Source: Tubulanus polymorphus (lineage: Eukaryota > Animalia > Nemertea). From it: a DNA stretch of 64,000 nucleotides. Positions 62,482-64,000 of the stretch are shown one piece after another. The notes beneath the pieces were generated by a model, which was not told the DNA's origin, searched no databases, and saw only the letters and a list, made by a program, of their open reading frames with translations. Made by a program: the position numbers and the translations under genes. Positions within the stretch are counted from its first letter, which is position 1. Every line of letters begins with the position of its first letter. The DNA is taken from positions 248,001 to 312,000 of the forward strand of contig NC_134036.1 of NCBI RefSeq assembly GCF_964204645.1, read 5' to 3'.

Positions 62482-63846
62482 CTATGAGAAAACTGGACTC
62501 GTGCAAGCAGACAATATCAGCGCAAACAGTACTGCAATAAGCGACCCCTTGTGGGTGAAAGAAGAGTTACAGTAACTGCCACTCGAACAACACTTTATCT
62601 CCTTCGTATAAGTGGGACCTTTAATCGTCTCCTCTACACAATCCGGGCTACATTTCCTCGTCATGAAGAAAGTACCGTCTCTTAGCGTTATCGTTTCTTT
62701 CTAGAAAATAAAATTGATCGGTTTTTAATAGACATCTAAATTAGTTAGAGGTATCGTATTGTAAATATAGGATAGTGTTGCATTGTATTTTGTGTGTAAT
62801 TGTTAAAGATCGGACTCTCAAAGAGTCCAAACCTCGGCAACAATGCCCGAAAAGATGTGGGTGTCTGACTAGATGGGGCACTGTTTGACAATACCACATT
62901 GGATGAAGCATATTCTTGAATAGGACTGAATGATGGCCGGTTTTTTGTTTTCAGTTGCTAGGAGACGATCAAACACTTACCATACAATACGTGGTATCTC
63001 CTCCGTTGCCACAGCGATATGAGGTAAAGTCTTCCGTGCTGCTGCGGCTACCGTACAGTCGATCCGGGTCCTCGTAACAGTAATGGATCGACCTGACACC
63101 TGGCGGAGAAAATCACTCCATACAATACATACAAAGTTACAATGTATTAACAGGGATGGATCTAGGAAAGGCCAGAAGAAAGGAAAAGACATTTTTCAGA
63201 TTGGCCTAAAGCATCCAAGTCAATCGCTTCTACTTTGGTGGTAGATACTTTTTTTTAAGAAAATAGAACAGAAAATATTCAATTTCCGAAAGGATGGGCT
63301 TTAAAAAATTTGCAGGTTTTAACGAACTTTGAATTAACGAAAAGGGCAACCTCAATGGGAAGGCAGGGGTCCAGACCCCCGACACCACCCCCCTTAATCC
63401 GCCCTAGTATTAAATTCCTATTGTTTATCACCAACCACGAGCTTGTTGTAGCTAGCTTACAATGTATACATATGTTTGGCAAATTTAGGCGTTTATTTGC
63501 GAGATTTAGGCCGACGAATTTTTGAAAAGCGAATTGGTAATTTTTGAATGATAAAGATCTTTACCTAGATTGTAATTCCTTCGCTTCATGCTCGATACCT
63601 CCTTCAAGAACAGATCCGACTCCACGGTCAGCGGGTCGTATGTACCGTATTCGCATTGGTAACATTTCCACGCCAGACCGTCAGCGATTCCTGTACCGAA
63701 AAAAATGGCGCTCAATCAGAATATTTCAACCGTCTAAAGGCTATTCGCATTACTAGATTATATAAAGATTATGACGTGTGCCATTGATTACCTGTGACGG
63801 AGTAAACTGTGATTAAAGTTGCCGTTAAAATGGTCGTCAAAGACAT
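62482..63846 (-). CDS. GPI-anchored Ly6/uPAR (three-finger, Quiver/Sleepless-like) protein, 4 exons
   Basis: Exons 63846-63792 (SP MSLTTILTATLITVYSVT), 63690-63565 (WKCYQC), 63099-62981, 62700-62482 (CCSSGSYCN + hydrophobic tail); 10 Cys; splice phases consistent. Confidence 0.87.
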
Positions 63847-64000
63847 TCTCTTTCCTATTGAAGAAGATAAGAATTTCGATGACGTAATGATATTCCTGAA
63901 GAAAAAACGCCCTCATTTTCTTCTACAAGTTTTATGTGTTAAAGACCCCTATTTAGTACTATCAAAGAGGCAGCAGCAGCCCATAGTTCATCCATACATC

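Overview
AT-rich eukaryotic (invertebrate metazoan, probably marine lophotrochozoan; not provable from the window) DNA with short GT-AG introns. 1-13 kb is non-coding and repeat-rich (MITE-like palindromes, minisatellites, tRNA-derived repeat). 13.7-16.2 kb holds an 838-aa single-pass membrane protein ORF. 17.9-63.8 kb is a recently duplicated cluster. Two convergent GPI-anchored Ly6/uPAR (three-finger) genes bracket three intact-looking paralogous receptor tyrosine phosphatases (signal peptide - Cys-rich - F-type lectin - EGF-like - FN3 repeats - furin site - TM - PTP D1 - pseudo-PTP D2 - YANF tail). The copies differ in ectodomain architecture (about 7 FN3; 3 FN3; a chimera with two lectin modules). 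They have variable, mosaic lectin loops and carry relic lectin-exon cassettes in their introns. A minus-strand gene missed by the ORF track lies between copies B and C and encodes a 155-aa secreted astacin-fold protein without the zinc-binding motif. Perfect kB sites lie upstream of two copies. Together this looks like a diversifying glycan-recognition/signalling locus (inference). All exon models were assembled by eye from splice sites and reading-frame continuity.
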